Positions 1-12,290 of a stretch of DNA of 64,000 bases are shown here, piece after piece; the stretch's first letter is position 1; every line of letters begins with the position of its first letter. A program made the position numbers and the translations under genes. The DNA comes from the human T2T-CHM13v2.0 reference genome, Homo sapiens, in the NCBI RefSeq assembly GCF_009914755.1, contig NC_060944.1; one strand, given 5' to 3'. The notes under the pieces were generated by a model, which saw only the letters and a program-made list of their open reading frames with translations, searched no databases and had not been told where the DNA came from.

Positions 1-496
1 CTTGACCACAAAATAGGGACAAGAACCAAACAATATTGTGGGTGAAAATGCCCCATTTTACCTTCAGAGACAATCACTATTAATACTTTGGTGGATATAC
101 CCAAGGCACTTTACTATATATTTATCAACATTTATTACTAATAATTTTTATAAGAATGGAATCACTTACACAATTGCTTGTGACTTGTTTTCTCAGGAAA
201 ATATTTGCATGTTAAGGTACATATACCTGAGAATCAGGTTTTATCAACAAACTGGTGGATGGGAAAACTGAGGATCATGGAGGTTGTACAGTCCAAAGAG
301 TCAGGTAATGGAGGCAAAACTCAAATTTCACACCCTTGCTCCAAAACCCTTGTTTTTTCTACTAAATCTCAGGTTCTTAGAAAATAAATCACAGTGGGAA
401 GAGGGTCCAACCCCAAACAAGGTGAGACTCTGGGGGCAAAAATCATACAGTCTGGGGGTGGTGCCATGTAGTGGCAGCAGGATCTAGAATGATGTC

Positions 497-680
497 AGAA
501 CTGGAGTCAGAAAGCCTCAGTTTTAAGATTGACTTATACTAGTTTATGACATTAGGCAGTTGAATAACCTATCTCAGCCTCAGTTTGCTCTGCTATAAAA
601 TGGAAATAAGAATAGTGTCTGCTTCATAGCATTGCTCTAAGGGTTGAATAAAGAGAACACATGTAAATGGCCTGGTACAT
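497..680 (+). mobile_element. MIR SINE
   Basis: ctggagtcagaaagcc...ctcagcctcagtttgctctgctataaaatggaaataagaatag resembles the MIR core; boundaries approximate. Confidence 0.75.
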
Positions 681-689
681 TTCTGAAGG

Positions 690-790
690 TCCCATCATGT
701 ATCTGGCACTGTGCTAGGCTTTGGGGATTCAAAGACAAGTGAGACACAGTTCCTGACCTCAAAGGATCGACAGAGAAGACATCTGTGTGC
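690..790 (-). mobile_element. L2 LINE 3' fragment
   Basis: ggcactgtgctaggctttggggattc...gacacagttcctgacctcaa is the typical antisense L2 end. Confidence 0.6.
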
Positions 791-884
791 CCCCAAAGTG
801 TCACAGGGGCTGATGTAGACACCTGGCTGGAGGGTCTTTTGGGGGCAAAAAAGAGGACAGGTAAGCACAAGGAGAAGGAGGATT

Positions 885-1234
885 TGGATGGTTAAACAAC
901 AGAAATTTATCTTGTCACCATTCTGGAGCCTGGAAGTCCAAAATCAAGGTGTGTGCAGGTTTGGTTCCTTCTGATGCCTCTCCTTGGCTTGTAGAAGGTC
1001 ATCTTCTCTGTACCTTTTCACATCATCTTCCCTCTGTACATATCCAAATTTCCTCTTCCTGTAAGAACACCAGTCATATCGGATTGCAGCCCATCCTCAT
1101 GATCTCATTTTAACTTCATTACCTCTGTAAAACCATAATCTCCAAGCAAGGTCCTATTTGTAGGCACTGGGTTGGGGGTTAGGACTCTAGCATATGAATT
1201 TGGGGGAGGTGGAGGACACATTTCAGCCCATAAC
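885..1234 (-). mobile_element. MLT1 (B/C-like) ERVL-MaLR solo LTR
   Basis: aaacaacagaaatttat...ttctggagcctggaagtccaaaatcaagg...gacacatttcagcccataac. Confidence 0.85.
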
Positions 1235-1509
1235 GAAGGCACACTCTACACAGACCTTCTGCTGCTAGTTTTCAGGAGTGGTTTGTCTTTCTGGTCAGTG
1301 TTGTGGTCTTCTCTCTACTTTGCATCTCACTGTCTGTTTTCACTCTCCCTACCTTCCTTACCCAATTGAGGCAACAAAGGAATCCTCCAGAGCTTTTAGA
1401 CTACAGTATAAAGTATCAAAGTCCAGGCTCAGTATACAGTGGCCTCATGGCCAAATCTCATGCCTCCAACCCAAGCTGAAGGAAAGGAAGGAGAGAGTAG
1501 ATCACTCTG

Positions 1510-1682
1510 TATTAGCACTTTACTGTGAGCCTGTGGCTTTCCCGTGCCTTGTCTTGTGTGATCGTTACTACAACCCTGTTTATAAAGACAGAATCAGAGA
1601 AGCCAAGCAATTTACACTGTGTCACAAGGCTGGAAAGTTGATGGAGCAGGATTCAAATCCAATCTATCCACCTTCAAAGCGT
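1510..1682 (-). mobile_element. MIR SINE
   Basis: caaccctg...gtcacaaggct...gagcaggattcaaatccaatct. Confidence 0.65.
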
Positions 1683-2009
1683 ATGTTATTTATTTACTCC
1701 ACTTTCCTTGAAGAGTTCCTATCCCTAATCTCCAAGAAATGTAGGCAAATGAGAGAGATTCCAAAAGTCTGGAGCATGAAAATCACTGCCTTCAGTGTAA
1801 GTATAGATTCCAAAAATTGTAGACTTGAAAGTTTGGCAAATGGAGTTTTCAGAAAATTCACTGAGATGTTCTCTGTTTTCCGGCAGCTTCTCTATCTCAA
1901 CCCAACCCAGTTCCCAATCTCCCCTGAGATAAGGAATCTCAAAGATTGGAGTCATTCTTTGAATGGAAGAGAGGAAAATGCTGCAGGAGCAAACACAAAT
2001 GTGACAACA

Positions 2010-2350
2010 GCCCTCGTAAGTGGTCCCCTTCTCTTGCTCACTCTGGTATTTCTTCCCAGAGCAGCCAAAGGGTCTTTCAAAAAGGCAGCTCTGAGCACCT
2101 CACTCTTCTGCCTGAATTCTTCAGTAGCATTGCACTGTCATTCAGAATAAAATGCAAATTTTTCACCATGCTCACCAAGGCCCCTTTCCATTTGCCCTAG
2201 ACCCAGCCCCTGTCTTATCTCTTTCTGCATCTCTTTTGATAAACACACACTCCAGTTATATCTGAGGGCAGGGACCATGCCCTCCCCTGCCAGTTCCTAG
2301 AAGAGAGAAGGCACTCATCAAGAACTGGGAAATAAGTGAATGAGGGGAAA
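2010..2350 (+). mobile_element. L2 LINE fragment
   Basis: cagcagccaaagggtctttcaaaa...cagaataaaatgcaaattt...gagggcagggacc...gaatgaatga tail. Confidence 0.6.
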
Positions 2351-2947
2351 AAATGAATGAACTGCAAGAGAGCAATGTGGGTATTTCTGGCTTAATCGTT
2401 CTCCTCCAGGTCATGGCTCAGGGCTGAGAGCCCTTCCACCTGTATCTCTGGCCTTCCCGAGATCCTTAAAGTCCTCTCCACCCAGCCAGCAGATGAAGAA
2501 AGAGAGGATGGATCTTTGCATGGGGAGCTGTAGGGTCTGGAAGCAGTGTACATCACTGCCATCCATTGTCTATCAGCCAGAATCAGACCATGGCCCCATC
2601 TAGCTGCAAGGAAAGCTGCAAGCCTAGGAGATAGAGGAATTGGGACTGGGTAGACACATGGCAGACTCTGGCAAGGCCTCAGCGTTTTCCATCCACACCT
2701 AACTCCAAACTCCACAAAAGCCTCCTCAGCACTTCACCAGAGTGGACTCTTCTTCTCTCCCCTGCCTCCTTGTCCACAGCCCTCTAGCCCATTTTCTCTG
2801 CGTCTTGACCTTTCCCAATGTAAAACTGTTCTTATCTGTGTCATAAGAGGTGGGAGGTAAGGGAGAGAGCAGCAGCATCATTTCCTTGGAGGGCAAGGCA
2901 TGAACTATCCCCCTCCGCACCCTCCCCCTGCCCACTCCCAACACAGC

Positions 2948-3326
2948 TGTCTTAGTCCATTTAAGCTGCTGTAACAAAATACCATCAACTCGGTGGCTTA
3001 TAAACAACAGAAATTTATTTCTCACCGTTCCGGAGGCTGGGAAGTGCAAGGACAAGGTGCCAGCAGACTGGGTGTCTGGTGAGGGCCTACCTCCTCATTG
3101 ACAGTGACTTCTCCCTGTGTCCTGACATGGTGGAAGGGGTAAGGCAGCTCTCTGGGACCCCTCTTATAAGGGTGATAACCCCATTCATGGGATTATCATG
3201 AAGTCTCCACCCTCATGACCTAATCACTTCCCAAAGGCCCCACCTCCCAATGCCATCACCTTGGGCGTTAGGATTTCTAAACATGAATTTGAGGAGTGGA
3301 GGGACACAAACATTCAGACTGTAGCA
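2948..3326 (-). mobile_element. MLT1A-type MaLR solo LTR
   Basis: Complete LTR tgtcttagtccatt...cattcagactgtagca; 5-bp TSD acagc/gcagc. Confidence 0.9.
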
Positions 3327-4499
3327 GCAGCCAGGTGTCAGGTGGGCACACAGAGGAGTTCTTTGCAGCTTCCCTCACACCAAGGTCTACATGTGTCTAG
3401 ACCACATCACCAGCCAGACTGGCCACATCAGTGTAGATATGTGTTGCACAAGAATGTCCACTTTCTACCAAGAGGCATGGGAGGTTGGCTGACCCTTCCC
3501 CACATGCCCTGACAGCCCCGCTGATAAGAGGGAGCGGAGGGACTGAAATTTCACTTTCTCAGAAACAGCGGATTCAGCAACTGTGGCTGCTACAGGAGAC
3601 ACAGATCTGCACCAGCTTAATTTCTCTCAGCCTTTATCACCATACACAAAGCAAGAGCTATTATGCCCTGTCCGGCAGCCAAGGACTCACCTCGTCTGGC
3701 ATTGGGGAAATGATATCTTAGCCTGCAGGGCCCCAGACAGCTTCTTCTTCCAACACTATTGTGGCTGGAACCCTCACCTGCCCGGGGGAAGCTGTTCCCA
3801 TGCAGGATAGACACCATTCTTGCCATGTAGGGCTCCTGGAGAAGTCTCTTCTAGAAACTGAGCCAGCTTTGGGCCCCATAGAGAGGACTGTAACAGAGCT
3901 AACATATTCTGGAGACAAACCCCCATCTCCACACTTGCCTGAGCCCTGAGAAGTTGGGGGGAAAAGCCTCTCCAGGAGCTCCTGGAATAGTTTGAGCTGC
4001 TGCTGAGAAGGAATGACTGCCTTCCGGGGGGGATTTAGTCTCCACACTTGGCGATCCTGAGTCCGTATTAAAAATGCAAGACTCTAGTCAGAGCCTACCA
4101 GATCCTGCCAGCCTTGGTTGGGACCCTGAGGCTGGGTGAAGGAAGGTGAGGGGAATCAGGGAGACAGGGAGGAAGGATGGTGCCTCCAGCACCACCTATC
4201 CACAGCTGATCTCCTGCCTCCAGGACTCCATCTCAATCTGGGGCTGAGCTTCTGGCTCCTACTGTCAGGGATCCCTGAACAGTCCATATATTGTGTGCAG
4301 CTCACCTTTGCCCTAGCCCCTCCTCACTCCCATAATCCAAATCCATCTTCTCCTCCACCACCCTGTCCTTTCCCTACAGCCTGAGAAAGGACCCTCAGTT
4401 TACCTGGTCTGAGGCATCCTCCTTCTTATAGCTTCAGGCGAGGATCCATAGGGCCTGTCTGTTCAAACCCACTTACCGAGTCCCCTGAAAAGTCCTAAA

Positions 4500-4800
4500 T
4501 ATTTTTATTTCTTCATTCCTTTGACAAACCCTCTCTGAACCCCTAATTTGTACACAGCCCCATGCTCAGTTCTGAAGGTAAAAATCTACCAGTACCTACT
4601 CTCTGCCCTCCAGAAGCTCTTAAACTCAAAGAAAGGAGATAAATGCAAAAACAGTGACATTAATGAAGTCGTGTTCAATATTTTTTGAGCACCTACTATG
4701 AGCCAGACCCTGTAAAATATGCACCACAATATAAAGATGAATATGACTCAGTCTGTGGAGAAGAAACGTCAGTATACTATCTCTCATTCTGCTGCAAGTT
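4500..4800 (-). mobile_element. L2 fragments
   Basis: ttcattcctttgacaaac...; ttcaatatttttgagcacctactatgagccag. Confidence 0.55.
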
Positions 4801-4899
4801 CATCCCAAGAAACTATGGAGAGCAAAAACCACCCTTGCTCCAAAACCTTCCAGGGGGTTGTTTGTCTGAAGCATGGAAGACATTTTCTGATGGTTGGGA

Positions 4900-5347
4900 G
4901 TTTTCTAGCAGTGCTGTTGGTGCCTCACTTGTGTCTGTAAACATCAAAGCTTCTTACTGCAAGTACTTGAGATGCTCTCCTGCGCATCTTCCCTGGCCTA
5001 GGTAGGGTAGACCAGAAGAACCAGAGAATTTATGTCCCTCCCACCCCAGACCAGCCCTCAACCAGTGATGGGAGGAAGTTAGCAACTAAGTGTTCCAGCT
5101 TAATCTCTCCCAGTGGCAGAGGGCTAGGGCAACTCTGAGGTGTGTTCTGCCTTGCAGTCCCCAGCAAGATGGTGTCCCAGTTGCCCAAAGCAACAACCTG
5201 CTCATTAATTCACCTTATATTGGCTTCCATTCCTTCCCTGTCTTACTCACAACTCCCAACCCACGCTTCCTGGGATCACCTTCCAAATAAACCCCTTGCA
5301 CCTGAATTCTTCTGTCAAGGCTGCTGTGGGAGGAGCCCAGCCTAAGG
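4900..5347 (+). mobile_element. LTR16-like ERVL LTR
   Basis: cagccctcaaccagtgatggga...caactctgaggtgtgttct...tgggatcaccttccaaataaaccccttgcac...cccagcctaag. Confidence 0.75.
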
Positions 5348-5535
5348 AAGATTCTGAAGGCGTCCCCACATCCTGGTCTCCACCCACATGGTTCTCTGCC
5401 CCAGCGGGCTACATTCTCTTCCTTAAGCACACCAAAGGCATTGCCTGAGCTTGGACTGCACTGTGGATCCAACCTGGAGCCTCCACCCCAGCCCCTCCAT
5501 ACACCACTTGCAAACACTACTCAAAGAATCCTGTA

Positions 5536-5950
<415 letters not shown>

Positions 5951-6689
5951 TTATCATCTCTCCCCCATCCCAGCATGCTGAGAACGCTAACCCTTGCTGC
6001 ATAGATTGAAGAAAGACACAGGGATAGTTGTGGGGCGGTGTGGGGGTGGGGGTGAAAATGCTGAGAAACATGTGATTTCTTTACTTCTAAAACCCTTTCT
6101 TGAGGAAGAGAAAAGGATAGATTTAGGAGAGGGAGAGAAGGGGCCAGAGCCAGAAAGGGTTCAGTTTGAGAAAGAATTGGGAGGTGGTGTGTGGGTGAAT
6201 GGGAGATGAGGCGGAACAAGAGGAGTCAGGGATCATTCTCAGCCTGAAATGATTGGCTTTGGGGAGAAAATGAATTTTTTTTTAAGTTTTGCCTCCTGTG
6301 AAGCCAGCCTCTCTTTGCTACTTTTTGAGGCTTCCATAAAAAGATCCTCTTTTTTTGTGGACGTTGGCAATGCCACGGTCACAAAACGGGTCAGCTTTAT
6401 GCGACCCCACATCTTGAAATCTTTAAATGGAGGTTAAAATCTCTATTTTCACCAGAAACAGAGGCCCAATCTTCCCCAAGTTCCTAATGACTTCACTGTC
6501 CAATTGTCCTGCCTCCCTCTTTCCTGAGCTGAGGGACAGGAGGGGCAGTGGGTGTCCTGGGCGCATGTCCATTCTCCTCAAGCCGGAGCCAGCGACGCCC
6601 ACACCCTCCCAGCCCCTGGTCCCAGCCCTCTCCCACCTCACCCTGAGTCTGACAAGCCACCCTAATGGATTGACCGTGGCCTCTGCTGG

Positions 6690-7225
6690 AGGGGCTAAAT
6701 ATAAAACTTTCCTGCGCTCCTCTTGTCAAAGTTAAAAGCTTTTCATGTCTGTGTTAATGTTTTTTTCTGTCTGCTGGCTCCAGTGACAGATGCGGCATCT
6801 TGTGCTGAGTAACTGGAGAGTGAATGGCTGGCAGGGGCCGGGGAGGTAGCGGTAATTTATCTCCAAGAGTTTAAGCAGGATGACATGGCTGGGAACAGAA
6901 GGGGGGTGAGGTTGTCACCTGATTACTAATTCCAAGATTTCTCCTCCAAGAGGGAAAAGGAGTGAGCGAGGATGAAGGGTACAAAAAGCAAATCAATAAA
7001 CAGGTTAGCGTCTGCGTCATTATTAACTCTCAGCCTGTCAGCACCCCACTGAAGCGATCGCTTGAGGCGGCCTCGGATTTAATGGTCAGTGCAATAGATT
7101 TACTGTAAATGTTATCAGAGGCAAGGGCGGGGGCACGGGGCTTGAGGAGGCCTTCACTGACAAATCATTGGATTGCACCTGGATGCATGAAGCCATTTCT
7201 GAACATGCATAAATAACCTAGAGCT
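6690..7225. promoter_or_regulatory. Putative conserved non-coding enhancer
   Basis: No repeat recognised; TGACAG 6784, AAATCAATAAA 6990, CTGTCA 7035, several TAAT sites and retained CpGs; conservation inferred. Confidence 0.55.
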
Positions 7226-7799
7226 TAGGTCCCGGGTGGCATTTCCTCCCTCGGATTTAAATGCTGCTACTCGCCTTTCTCTGTATTCTTGGCTTCCAAA
7301 AGGTTCAAACAGCCAGGTTTCCCCTAAATCTTTCCAGGGGCCTCATCTTCTGGCCCTCAGCAAATCTGAGAAAGGTCAGGCAGCAAGTCTGCACCAGGAG
7401 CCTCTGGGATCCAAAGAGATCAGCGAGCCAGGAAACAGCCCAGACCCAAGAAAGGCAGCCAGCCAGGAGTCTGAGGCTTCGCTGCAGCAGGTGAGATGCC
7501 TCTGAAAGCTCAGTCCTAAAGGAAGCATTCCCTGAGCTCAGCATCTAGGGACTGGGGATGCCTTCTTGAGGTTCCTCCTGACCTCTCCAGTGAGCCTCTG
7601 GAGCCTCTTCCTCTGAGCCTCTCACCTGCTATGCTTACTAACAACAAATACTGGTGGGAGGGCTTTTGACTAAGATCATTCATCAGAATTCAGGTTGCTA
7701 TCCTACCCTCATGCCAGGAGTCATGGCAGAACAAGAATCCAGAAGCAGGTAGAGACAGCAGCCAAAGAGCATAGTAAGGTAGCCTACTGTTTTCAAAAG

Positions 7800-7935
7800 C
7801 AGGGCCACTGTGTACAGTTGTTCAGGCTGTATACTGCACAAGTCTAAGGGATGTCATTCACAACAAATCTATGGGAATGGTACTCTCTGGAGCTGTGCAG
7901 CATGACAACTTCACAGGCATATGCAACAGTCCCAA
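7800..7935. mobile_element. MER91A-like hAT MITE (palindromic)
   Basis: cagggccactgtgtacagttgttcaggctgtatactgcacaa...ggagctgtgcag...caact; inverted halves around attcac...gaatgg. Confidence 0.75.
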
Positions 7936-8404
7936 CAAAGAGGCAGTGCCAGGTGGACAATGGAGAGAAGCAACCTACTACAGAAGTGAACACTGAGAAT
8001 CTTTCCAGTAGATTCCAGTTGAAATCAGAGGGGACAAGACAAGTTGCCAGGCATAGGTTGTCTAAACAGTTGGGAGGGTTTTAACAGTGTCCTAGGAACT
8101 TGGACTATTGAGAACTGCTTCTGCTGACACTTGAATGAGAAAAAGCCTGTGGGAACATTAGGGAATGCAGATTTTGTCTTAGCTACACTGACCATAATCT
8201 TTCAAACCAAATACGCAGGATTTTTGTTCTACTGATGGTGATGAAAAGCTTGGATACAAAAATACTCTGCTGTCTCAGGCATTGAGATTGTTCCCGGGGT
8301 CAGAGGCAGAACACATGGCATCTGGACTCTCAGAAGTAACACAATGAGATGGAATCAAGGAAGGGGCCGACTCAAGACCCTCTCTCTCCTCATCTCAGAC
8401 AAGG

Positions 8405-8530
8405 CTGGTGTTAGCTTGAGATCCTCCCAAATGGAGTCCCTAAGACGAGGCCTTGGAAGGAGGTCTCTTGACTGGGAGGTGAGCCCAGAAAGCAAAAGTG
8501 AGAGAGAAAAGCCAACTAAGGGCAGGTTGA
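8405..8530 (-). mobile_element. LTR16/LTR33-like ERVL LTR fragment
   Basis: ccctaagacgaggccttgga...tgggaggtgagcccagaaagca. Confidence 0.5.
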
Positions 8531-9439
8531 TGGTCATGCCCAGGGCATTATTCCCCGACACACACTTCAAAGTGGGGCCTGTTGGAGGCTGAGCAAGTTC
8601 CTCTGGGACCAGGGAAAGCCCCAAGGCATGGGAAAAAAGAGACTCTTAAGCAAGAGATAAAGGGAACTGTCCACAGCAGCAAGTGGATGCGGGGATGGGG
8701 GGGACCACGGGTATCTGAGGGGAAGACATCAATCACATCTTCTATAGGACCCAACCTCAGCATCCACCAGGCCTGCCTGACCACCCGCCCTGTTCCTCTG
8801 CTGCAGAAACACCAAGTGCCTTGGAAAACCACGGCTCTGTTTGGGTTCGCCGGCTGCCATCTCCCGTGGAAAGAGCCAGGTGAATCTGAAATTAGAGCCA
8901 AGTATGCCTTGAGGACTTTCCAGCCAATCTGATGCTAAGAAAGATCCTTTGTCCAGGACTGGCCCATAGTGGCAGGCTCGGAGACATTTCTTTGAGGCTG
9001 GGGGGACAAATCCCTAGCTATGTATGCAGAACCATTTATGTTCATGGTCCACTTGTGAGGCCGGCGTTGTGATCTACTTTTTCCTAATAAAGATATTGAG
9101 GTTCAAAGAGATGAAATGATGTGTGACAGGGCACACCTACGGGGCTTCAGTCAGAACCCAGTGGCACCCTAAAGCTGCTCCCAGGGTGAAAGTCACCAGT
9201 AGCAGTAGACCCTTGAAAGCCATCTGGGGATGGCTATAGCCCAAATTATATCCCTGCAGGCCTAGGAGTGGGGGTCACTTTTCTCTGTTGCTAATCTCCA
9301 GGGGTCTCGAATTCCCTGTTGGAAGTCTCCACTCTTCCCTCAGTGAAACCAATTCCCTGTTTTAAATTCCTCAGCGCTTTTGAACCAAAGTGTTTGAAAT
9401 CCCTAGAGTGATTTCTGTTCTCCTGTGTGGCTCCTGGAT

Positions 9440-9820
9440 GATTCCCAGCCCTGTCTAAACTATTGCCCTGCCCCAAAATCTTATATGCCCTTCCTTGCTT
9501 AGCATGATCACTGTCCAACATTCTATATATTTTACTGATTTCTCTCATTTATTTTCTGTCTCCCTCACTAAAACAAGACCAGGAACTGGATGCAGTGGCA
9601 GTAGTAGTAGCAGCAGTCCCAGCTACGTGGGAAGCTGAGGTGGGAGGACCACTTAAGCCCAGGGACCTAAGACAAGCTCAGGGAACATAGTGAAGCCCTG
9701 TCTCAAAAAAGGCAAGATGAGGATTTTCCCGTTTTGTTCACTGCTATATCCCTAGAGCCTTAAACATTCCCCCAGCACACAGAAGATGTTCAAAAAATAT
9801 TTGTCAGATAATTAAATGCA
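9440..9820 (+). mobile_element. L2 3' end interrupted by an Alu monomer
   Basis: ttttctgtctccctcactaaaa...gttttgttcactgctatatccctagagcct. Confidence 0.65.
9585..9710 (+). mobile_element. Free Alu monomer (FLAM/FAM-like)
   Basis: gtcccagctacgtgggaagctgaggtgggaggaccacttaagcccagg...aacatagtgaagccctgtctcaaaaaa. Confidence 0.85.
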
Positions 9821-10186
9821 CAACATACTGGATACTCCATTTTGGACCCAGACTGGAACGTGGGTGCCTCATGCAGGTTCCCATTGCTGACTCACTCCCC
9901 AGCCCAGCTGCCCTTCTGTCTCCATGCTCTGGAACTCCATGCCCAATGCCAGTCACCCACCTATAGTCTCCTGACACACCCAGTCCATGTGGGAGTGCAG
10001 TCAGGGGGACTCACCAGGGATACCAGTGACCTTTACCACCCTGCCCTGGAGGAAGCACAGAAAGCCAGAGAGAAGCAGGACAGAGGAAGCCAGTGAAAGG
10101 CAAGTCAAGCTGCTGGGCTGTTCCAGCCCTGAGGGGCTTGGTGTGTGCATGTGTATGCACATTCTCACACTTGCACACAAACCTAG

Positions 10187-10553
10187 TGCTATGGTTTGGA
10201 TGTGTGTGTTCCTCCAAAATGTACATGTTGGAACATAAATCCCAAGGCGGTGGTATTCAGAGATGAGGCCTTTGGGGAAGTGATGAAATTGTGAGGGTTC
10301 TGCCCTCATGAATGGGATCAGAGCCCTTAGGAAAGAAGCTGCAGAGAGCTGCCTGGCCCTTCTGTCTCTTCTCCGTTGTGAAGACACCAAGAGGGTGCTG
10401 TCTTTGAGGAATGGGTCCTCACCAGACACCGAATCTGCTGGCATCTTGATCCTGGACTTCCCAGCCTCCAGAACTGTGAGAAATAAGTTTCTATTGTTTA
10501 TAAATTATCCAGTTCAATGTATTTTGTTTAAGCAGTGGAAAAGGACTAAGACA
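10187..10553 (+). mobile_element. MSTC/MSTD/MLT1A-type MaLR solo LTR
   Basis: tgctatggtttggatg...ggacttcccagcctccagaactgtgagaaataag...ggactaagaca; TSD cctag/cctac. Confidence 0.9.
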
Positions 10554-10790
10554 CCTACACACATGCATGTGCACACACACACACCTACACATGTATGCAC
10601 ACATGCACACACCCACACTTATGTATGTACACCTACACGCATGCATGCATACTTATACATATGCGCATAGCTACATGTGTGCACCTGCATACATGCACGT
10701 GTGGGCACACATATTGCACACATGCATGCACACTCACACACGTGTGTGCACACATGTGTACCATTCAACACATACACATGTGCACACATA
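10554..10790. repeat. Degenerate (CA/CATG)n alternating purine-pyrimidine tract
   Basis: acacatgcatgtgcacacacac... Confidence 0.9.
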
Positions 10791-10967
10791 CCATGGGTTG
10801 CATGTGAAGAAGATGAAGGAAAAGATCTAACCCCCTCTCCACAGTCCTGTGACTTACTAAGAGCTCTTGGAGGCAGGTAGGAAAACCTCTTCCTTTTTAT
10901 AGATTTACTGTTCTGACTCTGAAGATTAACATAGATACTCTGGCAGGGGGTCATATAGCTGTGGCTG

Positions 10968-11200
10968 GTGTACGTGTGCTTGTGTAGATGGGGGTGTGTT
11001 TAGGTGATATGTATGTGATATGTCTGTTTACATCTGTGGTATGTTTGTGTGTATGGTGTGCATATCTATGTGGGTAGGGGTGTGTGTTTGTGTACTATGT
11101 ATGGTTGTCATATGTGTCCACGTGTGTCTCTGTGCTTGTGTGCATTCAATATGCGTGTTTGTGTGGTTTGCATGTGGTGTGTGTGGCATGTGTATATGTG
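10968..11200. repeat. Degenerate (TG/TA)n tract
   Basis: gtgtgtgtttgtgtactatgtatgg... Confidence 0.9.
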
Positions 11201-12089
11201 CTTGGTCTAACACACAGAAGTACCTGCCACTCATAATGAAAATAACAAAGGGTACCCCACTAGGACAGCCCACCCAGATGAGGACAGAACTGGGCCCCCA
11301 AAGCACCCCCAAATTGTGCAGTGAGGACTGGAGCATTCAAGGCCGTCACTGCTAACTAAAGCCACCAGGGGAGCTACTCCCTCAGACTCAGTCTGGGGGA
11401 ATAAACTCCAGGGAAAGGGGATGGGGCCTACAGACAGAGTGGGTGGGGGTGTCTGAAAGGTGGGTGGAAAGTCACGCAGGTAACCTACAAGAAGATGGCT
11501 CTCTGGAGGAGAGGGCAAGCCCACAGAGGCCCACAAGGGACCCAGTTCAAAGGCACTTCTCCAGAGCTTCTCTCCGGAAGTGGGACAGAGTGGCCCTTGG
11601 TGAACCACCTATGTAACCCTCCTCTCATAATTCCTCTAAGGAGCCCTGCCCCACAGCATAGAAAGTGGGCAACGCCACGCAGGCCTGCTCTAGTGGGGAA
11701 GGTGAGGGGAGCTGGCAACAGAGAAGTGAGGCCCACTGCAGCCCCCACTCCCTGCCAGCACCCAGGCCACAGCATCCCTGGAGGGGATGGTGTCCAGGTG
11801 GTGCTGCCCCACACAGATGAAGGGTGCCCATTGCAAAGCTGGGAGGGGTAGGGAAGAAGGCAGACCCGTGGATAACTTGGGTGGAAGGACTGTAGGACCC
11901 GAAATTTGGCCGACATATGAAGCCTAGGAGTGCCTCCCAGGGGTCAGTGAGCTGCAGGGGATTGCCAGAAGTGTCAGACAAGGTGACCTCCTCCCCCACC
12001 TGGCACTGGTCTCCTTATGGGCCCAGAACCCCCACCAGCCTCCCCTCCTGAGTGGGGCAGCAGCTGAGCCAGGACATCCTTGGGGGATG

Positions 12090-12290
12090 TGCCAAACAAT
12101 TACTTTACTTATTGAATATCTGATTAATTATTCAGAAGGTGAATCAATTATTCATATCTCATTTAAGCAAGGGGGAAAAGCCACTGCCCCTTGAAAGAAG
12201 CTTCTCAGCGCCTCCCAAGGCCCTGGGGACGGAGTCATCAGCGGGAGAAATTGTCACAGCAGGAATGTGTCACTGGCGTGGCTGCTGCAA
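12090..12290. promoter_or_regulatory. Putative enhancer island
   Basis: AT-rich island in GC-rich flanks: ttgaatatctgattaattattcagaaggtgaatcaattattca, plus TGTCA sites. Confidence 0.45.

Noticed and set aside
1278-2150. Longest ORF (290 aa)
   Set aside because: It starts at GTG, runs through MIR and L2 fragments, and has no recognisable domain or exon context; most likely a chance frame
7485-7500. Isolated splice-donor-like sites (also about 13145 and 21890)
   Set aside because: Consensus-like donors occur often by chance, and no coherent exon chain can be supported
10308-11355. His/Thr/Cys-rich ORFs
   Set aside because: Artefacts of the CA/TG low-complexity tracts and the MaLR LTR
11359-11378. 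CTCF-like motif gccaccaggggagct (also 60741-60760)
   Set aside because: It mismatches the core GGC positions; too weak to call
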